Below are positions 1 to 8,646 of a stretch of DNA of 32,000 bases, one piece after another. Each line of letters begins with the position of its first letter. Position 1 is the first letter of the stretch. This DNA comes from Formosa sp. Hel1_33_131 (GTDB lineage Bacteria; Bacteroidota; Bacteroidia; Flavobacteriales; Flavobacteriaceae). The translations under genes and the position numbers were made by a program. The notes beneath the pieces were generated by a model. It worked only from the letters and a program-made list of their open reading frames with translations, was not told the DNA's origin and did not search any database. The stretch is taken from NCBI RefSeq assembly GCF_001735745.1, contig NZ_CP017260.1, positions 660,001-692,000 on the forward strand. Reading direction: 5' to 3'.

Positions 1-161
1 TCCCCGTCATAAACACCTATACATTCATAATTCTGAGATACCATTTCCTTAAAACGTTCTAAAAGCAGGGCTTCGGTAATCGATTCTTTAGACATTTTTT
101 TGACTAATGGCACTACGATCTCAATGGAGTCGGCGAGGATAATTTTGAATTGAAATTGCAT
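1..161 (-). CDS. 5' end of an ORF running off the left edge (53 codons visible). Possibly a GNAT-type acetyltransferase, but the product is not secure
   Basis: ATG at 161 on the minus strand, open to position 1. Hand translation: MQFQFKIILADSIEIVVPLVKKMSKESITEALLLERFKEMVSQNYECIGVYDG. Absent from the ORF track because no stop lies in the window. Confidence 0.35.
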   Translation of the reverse strand, partial: MQFQFKIILADSIEIVVPLVKKMSKESITEALLLERFKEMVSQNYECIGVYDG

Positions 162-245
162 TTAAAAAGGTTTAATAATTCAAAAATACAACTATTTATT
201 AGCATCTAAATCCAACATCTCATCTGAATTTTATTTTAATCTTCT

Positions 246-253
246 TATCTTTG
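246..253 (+). promoter_or_regulatory. Candidate Bacteroidota -7 promoter box (TATCTTTG, fits TAnnTTTG) upstream of gpmI
   Basis: TATCTTTG lies 23 nt upstream of the ATG at 276. No convincing -33 TTTG was seen. Confidence 0.3.
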
Positions 254-275
254 AGCACGTTTTAACAGCGAGATT

Positions 276-1793
276 ATGAACAAGAAAGTTATTTTAATGA
301 TTTTAGATGGATGGGGAAAATCTCCTGATCCAAAAGTATCTGCAATTGATAATGCAAATACCCAATTTATTGATTCTTTATATACAAAGTATGGACATGC
401 GAGCCTCCGAACCGATGGATTGCACGTAGGGCTTCCAGAAGGTCAAATGGGCAATAGTGAAGTTGGACACATGAATTTGGGTGCAGGGCGTATTGTATAT
501 CAGGATCTTGCTAAAATCAATTTGGCTGTGACTAACGACACATTGAAAGATGAGACTGTTTTAAAGGACGCTTTACTGTATGCAAATAAAAACAATAAAG
601 CGGTGCATCTTTTGGGATTGGTGAGTGATGGAGGTGTGCACTCTCATTTGAATCATTTATATGGACTCTTGGATGTCATTGAAGATCATGGCGTTGAAAA
701 GTCTTTTATTCATGCGTTTACAGACGGTAGAGATGTGGATCCTAAATCGGGCTATGGATTTATTTCTGAACTCGAAACACGTTTAGAGTCTTCTTCTGCA
801 AAACTGGCAACCATTACGGGACGCTATTACGCGATGGATCGTGATAACCGTTGGGAACGTGTGAAAATCGCCTATGATGCCTTGGTTAATAGTGAAGGTG
901 TGCATTCTAACAATGCGACTGAAACCATTGAATCTAATTATAACGATGGACTGACTGATGAATTCTTAAAACCAATTATCATGACGGATACCAACAGTGA
1001 ACCGGTTGCCAAAATTGAAGAAGGTGATGTGGTGTTATTCTTTAATTTTAGAACCGATCGTGGAAGAGAATTAACGGAAGTTCTCAGTCAAAATGACAAG
1101 CATGAATACAATATGCACAAGCTCAACTTGCATTATGTGACCATGACAAATTACGATGATAATTTTAAAAATATTCAAGTTATCTTTAACAAAGACAACG
1201 TTACAAACACGCTTGGAGAAGTGCTTGAAACGCATGGAAAAACACAGCTTAGAATGGCTGAAACGGAGAAATATCCACATGTCACTTTTTTCTTTTCTGG
1301 AGGGCGTGAAGCCCCTTTTGAAGGTGAAAGTCGTATTATGAAAAATTCGCCTAAAGTTGCGACTTATGATCTTAAGCCTGAAATGAGTGCTTTTGAACTT
1401 AAAGATGCTCTTGTTACAGAACTCAAAAAAGAAACACTTGATTTTGTGTGTTTAAATTTCGCCAATGGCGATATGGTTGGACATACAGGTGTAATGGAAG
1501 CTGCTATTAAAGCCTGTGAAGCGGTTGACACTTGTGTGGAAGCTGTGGTCACAACGGCTTTGGAACACAACTATACGACCTTGCTGATTGCGGATCATGG
1601 GAATTGCGAAACGATGATTAACCCTGATGGATCGCCCAATACAGCACATACCACCAATCCGGTTCCAATCATTTTAATTGACAAAGAACTCACCTCTATA
1701 AAGGACGGTGTTCTTGGTGATATTGCACCTACTATTTTAAAACTCATAGGAGTTGAAAAACCTGATGTGATGACTCAAAGTAGCTTAATCTAA
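276..1793 (+). CDS. gpmI: 2,3-bisphosphoglycerate-independent phosphoglycerate mutase
   Basis: 505 aa. Family-typical motifs: ILDGWG near the N-terminus, NSEVGHMNLGAGR (catalytic Ser region), GDMVGHTG, ADHGN. Confidence 0.95.
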   Translation: MNKKVILMILDGWGKSPDPKVSAIDNANTQFIDSLYTKYGHASLRTDGLHVGLPEGQMGNSEVGHMNLGAGRIVYQDLAKINLAVTNDTLKDETVLKDALLYANKNNKAVHLLGLVSDGGVHSHLNHLYGLLDVIEDHGVEKSFIHAFTDGRDVDPKSGYGFISELETRLESSSAKLATITGRYYAMDRDNRWERVKIAYDALVNSEGVHSNNATETIESNYNDGLTDEFLKPIIMTDTNSEPVAKIEEGDVVLFFNFRTDRGRELTEVLSQNDKHEYNMHKLNLHYVTMTNYDDNFKNIQVIFNKDNVTNTLGEVLETHGKTQLRMAETEKYPHVTFFFSGGREAPFEGESRIMKNSPKVATYDLKPEMSAFELKDALVTELKKETLDFVCLNFANGDMVGHTGVMEAAIKACEAVDTCVEAVVTTALEHNYTTLLIADHGNCETMINPDGSPNTAHTTNPVPIILIDKELTSIKDGVLGDIAPTILKLIGVEKPDVMTQSSLI

Positions 1794-1803
1794 ATTCATA
1801 CGA

Positions 1804-2214
1804 ATGGACTTAACCAAAACCTTCACCCTAGCAATTGATTTTGACGGAACGATCGTGGAAGATGCGTATCCAAAAGTTGGAAAGGCAAAAATATTTGCTT
1901 TTGAAACCTTAAAAAAACTACAACAAGATGGCCATCGGTTGATTCTTTGGACCTATCGCTATGGAGAAACGTTGCAGGAAGCTGTCGATTTTTGTAAAGA
2001 AAATGGACTTGAATTTTATGCTGTGAACTGTAGTTTTCCGAACGAAGTGTACGACCCTAAAAAAAGCAGAAAAATAAATGCAGACCTTTTTATCGATGAT
2101 AGAAACGTTGGGGGCTTTTATGGATGGGGCGAAATTTATCAATTCCTAACAGACAGCGACAACCCTTTATCACTTCCAAAGAAAAAAGGATTTTTGGGGC
2201 TATTCAAGTCTTAA
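1804..2214 (+). CDS. Small HAD-superfamily-like protein of unknown specific function
   Basis: 136 aa. The N-terminal DFDGT matches the HAD DxDxT nucleophile motif. It follows gpmI after a 10 nt gap. Confidence 0.5.
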   Translation: MDLTKTFTLAIDFDGTIVEDAYPKVGKAKIFAFETLKKLQQDGHRLILWTYRYGETLQEAVDFCKENGLEFYAVNCSFPNEVYDPKKSRKINADLFIDDRNVGGFYGWGEIYQFLTDSDNPLSLPKKKGFLGLFKS

Positions 2215-2277
2215 AACTTTAAGACAACGCTAACAAAATCAAGGCTGTAAAACCTACTGAAAAATGCTTTAATTAAG

Positions 2278-2285
2278 TATCTTTG
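2278..2285 (+). promoter_or_regulatory. Candidate Bacteroidota -7 promoter box (TATCTTTG) upstream of map
   Basis: The same octamer as upstream of gpmI, ending 17 nt before the ATG at 2303. Confidence 0.3.
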
Positions 2286-2302
2286 GGCATAATTTTTTTA
2301 CT

Positions 2303-3121
2303 ATGCTCACGCTTAAATCAAAAGAAGAAATAGAACTCATTCGCGAAAGCGCACTCATTGTTTCCAAAACATTAGGGATGCTTGCTGCCGAGGTGAAACC
2401 CGGCGTTACCACCTTACATTTGGACGCTCTTGCAGAAACATTTATTAGAGATCACGGGGCAATTCCTGGGTTTTTGGGGATGTACGGATTTCCAAACACA
2501 TTGTGCATGAGTCCAAACGATCAAGTCGTTCATGGAATTCCTAACGATACACCGCTTGTGGAAGGCGATATTATTTCGATTGATTGTGGTGCTTTAAAAA
2601 ATGAATTTTATGGCGATCATGCTTACACCTTTTCAGTAGGTGAAATTGATGATGAAACTCAAAAATTATTAGACGTTTCTAAGGCATCGCTTTATGAAGG
2701 CATTCGCGCCTTTAAACACAACAATCGTGTAGGAGATGTTGGTTATGCAATTCAAAATTACTGTGAATCCCATGGCTATGGCGTGGTGAGAGAACTCATC
2801 GGACACGGAATTGGACGCATCATGCATGAAGAACCCGAAATGCCAAATTATGGAAAACGAGGCCGTGGAAAAAAATTCCAAGAAGGCATGGTGGTGGCTA
2901 TCGAGCCTATGATTAATATGGGAACGCATAAAATCAAACATCACAACGATGGATGGACCATCACTACAAAAGACAATAAACCAAGTGCCCATTTTGAACA
3001 CAATGTCGCGCTTGTAGATGGGCAACCAGAATTATTATCAACCTTCGCTTATGTTTATGAAGCGTTAGGCATAAAAAGCAATGAAGAAGACGGATTACGA
3101 ATCAATCCTTTAACACTATAA
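2303..3121 (+). CDS. map: Type I methionine aminopeptidase
   Basis: 272 aa. Typical MetAP-I blocks are present: VVHGIP, DIISIDCG, GHGIG, VVAIEPM and HFEHNV, which include the metal ligands. Confidence 0.95.
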   Translation: MLTLKSKEEIELIRESALIVSKTLGMLAAEVKPGVTTLHLDALAETFIRDHGAIPGFLGMYGFPNTLCMSPNDQVVHGIPNDTPLVEGDIISIDCGALKNEFYGDHAYTFSVGEIDDETQKLLDVSKASLYEGIRAFKHNNRVGDVGYAIQNYCESHGYGVVRELIGHGIGRIMHEEPEMPNYGKRGRGKKFQEGMVVAIEPMINMGTHKIKHHNDGWTITTKDNKPSAHFEHNVALVDGQPELLSTFAYVYEALGIKSNEEDGLRINPLTL

Positions 3122-3132
3122 TTAACCAATAG

Positions 3133-3930
3133 ATGAGTCGCTTAAAAGCAATTGAATTACAACTAGAACCCCTTCGTGAACAACTAAAATCACATCCTTT
3201 ATACAGCACACTTTCCAACATGAGTGATGTGGCTGTGTTTATGGAAAAACATGTGTTTGCCGTATGGGATTTTATGTCCTTATTAAAATCACTTCAAAAT
3301 CATTTAACCAATGTGAATGTTCCTTGGACGCCAAAAGGTGGCGGAGGAACGGCACGGTTTATCAATGAAATTGTGATGGCCGAAGAAAGCGACCTCAACG
3401 AACTGGGAGTGCCGATGAGTCACTACGAAATGTATATAGACGCCATGGATCAAGTGAACGCAGATACAAGTGCCATAGGCTTGTTTGTAAACGCGATTCA
3501 AAACGGAGATTCCCTTGAAACGGCTGCCAAACGCATTGATTTAGAGACCCCTATTTTAGAGTTTATACAATTCACTATGGAAGTGGTGAATTCTAACAAA
3601 CCGCACTGTATTGCTTCGGCTTTTACGTTTGGGAGAGAAGATGTGATTCCAGATATGTTTTTAGAAATTGTGAGCCAATCGCAAACTCAAGACAATGATA
3701 AAACCTATGGTAAATTACTTTACTATTTGAACCGTCATATCGAATTAGATGGCGATGAACACGGCCCAATTTCATTGAAAATGGTGGCTGAACTTTGTGG
3801 CGAAGACACTACTAAATGGGACGAAGTTTTGGAGACAGCAAAAGAGGCTTTGAAATTTCGTCTTAAATTGTGGGATCATATTACAGAAGCTATTTTAAAA
3901 CTTAATACATTAGAGGTTCAAAACACTTAA
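3133..3930 (+). CDS. DUF3050-like (heme-oxygenase-like fold) protein of unknown function
   Basis: 265 aa. The block HVFAVWDFMSLLKSLQ ... PW ... RFINEIV..EESD matches my recollection of the DUF3050 family. No search was run. Confidence 0.55.
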   Translation: MSRLKAIELQLEPLREQLKSHPLYSTLSNMSDVAVFMEKHVFAVWDFMSLLKSLQNHLTNVNVPWTPKGGGGTARFINEIVMAEESDLNELGVPMSHYEMYIDAMDQVNADTSAIGLFVNAIQNGDSLETAAKRIDLETPILEFIQFTMEVVNSNKPHCIASAFTFGREDVIPDMFLEIVSQSQTQDNDKTYGKLLYYLNRHIELDGDEHGPISLKMVAELCGEDTTKWDEVLETAKEALKFRLKLWDHITEAILKLNTLEVQNT

Positions 3931-3933
3931 ATT

Positions 3934-4701
3934 TTGAAAACACTTTTTAAGTTTATTTTAAATTTAATACCACGGCCGATACTCATTAAATTGAGCTATG
4001 TCGCCCAACCCTTTCTCGTTTTATTTTTAAAAGGCACCACCTACACAGACCCAATTGATGGCAAGAGTTTCCGAAAGTTCTTACCTTATGGGTATGGGAA
4101 ACAACGTGAGAATGTCCTCTCACCTTCTACCCTTTCACTGGAACGCCACCGTTTATTGTGGTTGTATCTGAAAAATGAAACCGACTTTTTTAGCACCCCA
4201 AAAAAAGTATTGCATTTTGCTCCCGAGCAAGCGTTTCATAAACAGTTCAAAAAAATAAACCATTTTGATTATGTGACTACCGATCTGAATTCTCCCATTG
4301 CAATGGTGAAAGCCGATATTTGTAAGCTCCCATTTGAGTCTGACAGTTTTGATGTTATTTTGTGTAATCATGTGCTTGAGCATATTTTGGACGATACCAC
4401 AGCCATGCAAGAGCTTTACCGGGTGATGCGTCCGGGAGGAATGGGGATCTTTCAAATTCCACAAGATTTAAATCGCGAGACTACTTTTGAGAATCATAGT
4501 ATTACTGATAAAAAAGAGCGTACCAAAATTTTTGGACAGTATGACCACGTGCGGATTTATGGACGTGATTACTTTGACACGCTAAGATCGGTTGGTTTTA
4601 AAGTGGATGAAGTGGATTATACAGCTACATTATCTGATCAAGAAATTGACAAATACAGATTGGCTAAAGGCGAAATTATTCCTGTGGTTTATAAAATGTA
4701 A
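3934..4701 (+). CDS. Class I SAM-dependent methyltransferase
   Basis: 255 aa with a TTG start. Methyltransferase-type-11-like blocks are present: VLHFAPE, DVILCNHVLEHI, LYRVMRPGGMGIF. Confidence 0.75.
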   Translation: MKTLFKFILNLIPRPILIKLSYVAQPFLVLFLKGTTYTDPIDGKSFRKFLPYGYGKQRENVLSPSTLSLERHRLLWLYLKNETDFFSTPKKVLHFAPEQAFHKQFKKINHFDYVTTDLNSPIAMVKADICKLPFESDSFDVILCNHVLEHILDDTTAMQELYRVMRPGGMGIFQIPQDLNRETTFENHSITDKKERTKIFGQYDHVRIYGRDYFDTLRSVGFKVDEVDYTATLSDQEIDKYRLAKGEIIPVVYKM

Positions 4702-4724
4702 TTCAACGACATTATATCTAAAAA

Positions 4725-5240
4725 CTAAGCTTTATCACTATCAAAATTATGATTGGCAAAATTATGGCATTCTACAATATCATTTATCTTTTCAAGTCCG
4801 TTCGGACCTAGCCATCTTGTATTGAATGACTTCAGCACTTTTTGTTGCCCATTCTCATCAACAACACTTAGTATAATAGATTTTTTTAAAGAAAAAAAAC
4901 TTAGTTGTTTTTTTTTCTTTAGTTTATGATTACTATATACTTTTAAAATTTTTATGTTTTGTTTTCTAAAAACTACATTTTTTTTAAAATTTGGAAAAAA
5001 TGTTTCAATAACAAGCCCATTTTTATCATTTGATATTCTTAAGAAAAAGGGGGACTCAAAAACTTCAAAAAAAAGCGTAAACAAAATCAAAAAAATAGAT
5101 AAATTTTGTAATACTTTAAAACCATAATTCAACTCTATAACAAGTCTAAAAATAGAAGTAACAATTAGTACTATCAATGAAATAAAAATAACGTATTTCC
5201 TTAGACTAAGATACTTTACAAAAATATTTCTGTTTGTCAT
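4725..5240 (-). CDS. Uncharacterised membrane protein (two N-terminal TM helices plus a Lys-rich soluble domain). Last gene of the peptide-toxin operon
   Basis: 171 aa. Hydrophobic segments are YVIFISLIVLIVTSIFRLVI and LSIFLILFTLFFEVF. It lies 25 nt downstream of the PCAT gene on the same strand. The coding sequence is very AT-rich with many homopolymer runs. Confidence 0.5.
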   Translation of the reverse strand: MTNRNIFVKYLSLRKYVIFISLIVLIVTSIFRLVIELNYGFKVLQNLSIFLILFTLFFEVFESPFFLRISNDKNGLVIETFFPNFKKNVVFRKQNIKILKVYSNHKLKKKKQLSFFSLKKSIILSVVDENGQQKVLKSFNTRWLGPNGLEKINDIVECHNFANHNFDSDKA

Positions 5241-5265
5241 TCGATTTAATGATTTGGGGTGGCTG

Positions 5266-7440
5266 TTAAACCAATATTTCTTTCCAAAATAAACTGTAAA
5301 AATTATTGGTTTTCATTAATTCATCATGCGTTCCAAAGTTAGATATAATTCCGTTTTCCAAAACATAAATTCGGTTAGCAATTTTCGGTAATGAATGCAA
5401 TCTATGAGATATGAAAATAATAGTCAATTCAGATTTTAGTTTATTTAATAAATCTAAAACAAACTTCTCTGTTTTTCTGTCCATTGCCGAGGTAAACTCA
5501 TCCAATAATAAAACCTTTGGTTTTTTGTATAAAGCACGCATTAAAGCAATCAATTGTTTTTGTCCACCAGAAAGATTAATGCCTTCTTCACCCAAAATGG
5601 TGGCATAACTTTGCGGTAAAGTGTTTATAAAAATTTCAAAACCGTAATCTTGACAAAATTTTACAATATTTTCAGGTGTATCTTCTTTGCCTAAAAGAAT
5701 ATTGGTAATAACATTACCGCCAAATATAGTGACGTCTTGAGGTACAACACCCAAAATAGTACGCCAACTTTTTGTGTCTATATCAAAAAAATTAATTTTA
5801 TTGTTGATGATTATTGCTCCGTTTTCAAAAGCATAGAATTTTTGTAAGACTTGACCTAACGTGCTTTTACCGCTACCACTTTCGCCAACTATGGCAATAC
5901 ACTCGTTTTTATTTACTCTGATGTTTATGTCTTTCAATAATTGACTTCTACCAGCAAATCGGAAAGACAAGTTTTTAATTTCAAGCGAATTGAAGTCTGA
6001 AATTTCCATATTCCCTTTTTGCTCTTTTTCCATAGAAGCAAACTCATACATTCTGTTAAAGGCCACTTTTGCTTCATTGATTGGAATGGTTATTAAAGCC
6101 AAACTAGCCACAGATGGCAATAAACTACCTGCAACGCCTAAAACTGCCATTAATTCTCCCAATTGCATAACTTCATTATAGACTTGAATAGAAGTGTAAC
6201 CCAAAATACTCATTAAGAAAAGCACACTAAATACACCTGAAAAAACAGATAAACGTACATTTATTTTACCGAGGTTAAAGGATTTCTCTTGAAAACTCCC
6301 ATAGATGAGTTGGTTTATCTTTTGAAAGATTGTTTGCCTATTATTATTTTTTACGGCGGCTATACCTTGCATTGATGTAATATAATTGCTCTCACTAAAA
6401 GCGTAGCCTTGCATCACTTCTTTTTGAGCAGTTATGATGCGTTTGTTAAAACTATAAATGAGGATAAAATAAAAAGGTAAACTAATAGAAGCGATTAAGC
6501 CTGTTTGCCAAGAATAGTAAAATAGAAAACCTAATGAAACAATAGTAACTAACGCATTAATAACCACATTACCCACAATCTGACTAATAACACGCTGCAC
6601 ACGTTGCGTATCGTTCAAACGGGCAACGAGCTCACCAATTTTACGCGTATCAAAAAAGGGCTTTGGTAAATTTAACAGCGAAGAATAAAAACGATCTACA
6701 ATACGGTTGTTAAAATCTTTGGTTTGGCGAATGAGAAAATAATCTCGTAAAGCAGTAAACAAAACTCTAATCAATAACAAAAAGGCAACGAGAGCAATGC
6801 CTGTAATAAGTTTTGTGAAATCTTTTGAGGGTAAAATATCATCAATTAATTTTTGCGAAAATATAGCCATTGCCATACCCAAAATAGCAATAGCTAAACC
6901 CAACAACACACTAAAAGAGATTAAACGATAATCTTCCTTGAGCAATTTTAAAAACCATTTTTTTTTGTTTTTGCTTTGGGTTTCGGTTTTTATAAAATTT
7001 TTGTTTGGCGTAAGTGTAAGGCAGGTTTTTGATTTCCAAATGCTTTCTAATTCCTCTTTGGTGTAAGTCGTGATTCCTTTTGCTGGGTCACCAATGATAA
7101 ATTTGTCATTTATATATCCATAACAAACCACATAATGCTGTAAACGTTCTTCAATGACCACATGTAAAATTAATGGCTCTTTGTGGTCTATGATAGCTTG
7201 TAAGTCCGCTTCGTTTCCTTTCGCTGAAAACCCTATTTGATTAGCTGCTTGAAACAATCCTAAAAGCGTAGTCCCTTGTTTTGTTGTTCCACTTAATTCA
7301 CGAAGTTTCTCTAAATGGTTTGAGCCTCCATAATATTGAATTAATGATAGCAAACAAGCAACTCCACAATCGGACTGGTCGTGTTGTAATGTAAAAGTCT
7401 GTTGTAATTCTTTTTGAGAGAGTTTGATAGTTTTACTCAT
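5266..7440 (-). CDS. Peptidase-C39-domain ABC transporter (PCAT), a double-glycine leader processing and export ATPase
   Basis: 724 aa. The N-terminal C39 domain has a catalytic Cys (QSDCGVACL), His (LQHYVVCYG) and DPAKG. A six-helix ABC membrane domain follows. The NBD carries Walker A GESGSGKST, Q-loop VPQD, signature LSGGQKQ, Walker B VLLLDEFTSAMD and H-loop ISHRL. Confidence 0.9.
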   Translation of the reverse strand: MSKTIKLSQKELQQTFTLQHDQSDCGVACLLSLIQYYGGSNHLEKLRELSGTTKQGTTLLGLFQAANQIGFSAKGNEADLQAIIDHKEPLILHVVIEERLQHYVVCYGYINDKFIIGDPAKGITTYTKEELESIWKSKTCLTLTPNKNFIKTETQSKNKKKWFLKLLKEDYRLISFSVLLGLAIAILGMAMAIFSQKLIDDILPSKDFTKLITGIALVAFLLLIRVLFTALRDYFLIRQTKDFNNRIVDRFYSSLLNLPKPFFDTRKIGELVARLNDTQRVQRVISQIVGNVVINALVTIVSLGFLFYYSWQTGLIASISLPFYFILIYSFNKRIITAQKEVMQGYAFSESNYITSMQGIAAVKNNNRQTIFQKINQLIYGSFQEKSFNLGKINVRLSVFSGVFSVLFLMSILGYTSIQVYNEVMQLGELMAVLGVAGSLLPSVASLALITIPINEAKVAFNRMYEFASMEKEQKGNMEISDFNSLEIKNLSFRFAGRSQLLKDINIRVNKNECIAIVGESGSGKSTLGQVLQKFYAFENGAIIINNKINFFDIDTKSWRTILGVVPQDVTIFGGNVITNILLGKEDTPENIVKFCQDYGFEIFINTLPQSYATILGEEGINLSGGQKQLIALMRALYKKPKVLLLDEFTSAMDRKTEKFVLDLLNKLKSELTIIFISHRLHSLPKIANRIYVLENGIISNFGTHDELMKTNNFYSLFWKEILV

Positions 7441-7960
7441 TTTGTTGTAAAGCTCTTAAAACACCTTTGACATTGAGTTGACCTTTATGTTTTTTTATGA
7501 GCTCTTGGTTTTTATCGTAGATTAATACATAAGGAATAGATGTAGCATCAAATTGACTAGAAAAAAGGCTATTGTTATCATATAAAAATGTGATGTTTTG
7601 TTGATTGTAAAAATTGTATTGTTTTGAAAAATTTTGAATGACTTCAATCGATTCTGTAGATACAAAAACGAATTGTACATTTTTAAAGCTATCTAAATTA
7701 TCGCTAATGTTTTGCGCCTCATAGTGGCAAAAATCGCAGTCACTATTAAAGTAAATAAAAATAGCATTTAAGTTTGGTTTTAGGTCCGCTTTTGTAAACG
7801 GTTGTTGCTCTAGGGTAAAGAATTCAAACTCCGGTATGGTTTGAAGTTGTTCCGCTATTGCCTTTTTTTCTTTAGCTTTAATTATGATGTTATAACCTAG
7901 GTAGGATAACAAACCTAAAACACCAATTACAACTATAAAGAAGATTAATTTTTTAAACAT
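7433..7960 (-). CDS. Membrane-anchored thioredoxin-fold (TlpA/redoxin-like) thiol:disulfide oxidoreductase
   Basis: 175 aa. It has an N-terminal TM anchor (LIFFIVVIGVLGLLSYLGY), a CxxC motif (NSDCDFCHYE) and redoxin-like downstream blocks (VQFVFVS, IPYVLIYD). Its stop overlaps the PCAT start by 8 nt (AAATGAGTAA). Confidence 0.7.
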   Translation of the reverse strand: MFKKLIFFIVVIGVLGLLSYLGYNIIIKAKEKKAIAEQLQTIPEFEFFTLEQQPFTKADLKPNLNAIFIYFNSDCDFCHYEAQNISDNLDSFKNVQFVFVSTESIEVIQNFSKQYNFYNQQNITFLYDNNSLFSSQFDATSIPYVLIYDKNQELIKKHKGQLNVKGVLRALQQNE

Positions 7961-7962
7961 AA

Positions 7963-8631
7963 TTAACTCATATTAAGTGTGAAGAACATTACTCCAACGA
8001 CCCAAATAAGTAGAGCAACCCCATAACTACTTGCAACAATAGAAAAACCTTTAGAGGTAGTGGTTTTAAGTTCTTTACTAATTAGGGAAGCTAAAATAAA
8101 CCAATAAGCGAATTCAAATAGATTGATGACTTGAAACGGATAGATGAACCACGTTTGTAATCCCTCATAGCCTACAATATTAAGTGCCGATAATGGATAG
8201 AAATATTGTAAGTTTTCTAAAGTATAGTCTTGTTGGAAAACATAAAACCATATTGTTTTTAAAATCATTACCCCTAAAAAAACAAAATCGGCCTTTGTTA
8301 CTATATTAAAAAGTTTTTTATACTTAATTTCTTTATCAAAAAAGAAACAACCTACATCTAATATTAAGGCAATGATAGAAATTTTAATTATAAGTAATAG
8401 AGGCAATAACAAATAAGCAATCCATTCCCATTTTTGTTGAAAATTTAGTGCTTTTTCTATTTGTTTTGTAGTAAGCTGCTCAGCTAAAGAATTAATTACT
8501 AATTCCTCTGTGTTAAGTAACTCTTTAGAAATAAACCCTAAAAAAAAACTAAAAGCAGTAAGAAAAAATAGTTTTTCATTTACAAAGTGAAAATATAAAA
8601 GGGTAAATATATTGTTGATACATTTACCCAT
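7963..8631 (-). CDS. Multipass integral membrane protein of unknown function (candidate immunity or accessory protein)
   Basis: 222 aa with an ATG start and about 5 hydrophobic helices. It has only 2 Cys and no CxxC, so it is not VKOR-like. The EExxxR and His motifs of CPBP/Abi proteases are absent. A 2 nt gap separates it from the thioredoxin-fold gene. Confidence 0.6.
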   Translation of the reverse strand: MGKCINNIFTLLYFHFVNEKLFFLTAFSFFLGFISKELLNTEELVINSLAEQLTTKQIEKALNFQQKWEWIAYLLLPLLLIIKISIIALILDVGCFFFDKEIKYKKLFNIVTKADFVFLGVMILKTIWFYVFQQDYTLENLQYFYPLSALNIVGYEGLQTWFIYPFQVINLFEFAYWFILASLISKELKTTTSKGFSIVASSYGVALLIWVVGVMFFTLNMS

Positions 8632-8646
8632 ATTAATAACTAAAGT

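Noticed and set aside
1071-1649. Several 61-69 aa track ORFs inside and antisense to gpmI (1071-1280, 1156-1341, 1364-1570, 1452-1649)
   Set aside because: They are fully nested in a strongly supported 505-aa gene. They are shadow or alternative-frame ORFs with no recognisable features.
4592-4825. Plus-strand 77-aa ORF bridging the methyltransferase 3' end and the 171-aa gene
   Set aside because: It overlaps two better-supported genes in other frames or strands and has no features.
7963-8631. The 222-aa membrane protein as a CPBP/Abi-type immunity protease or a VKOR-type thiol oxidase
   Set aside because: It lacks the EExxxR and FxxxH/HxxxN motifs of CPBP proteases. It also lacks the CxxC plus loop-Cys pattern of VKOR, having only Cys4 and Cys95. 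Its function is left open.
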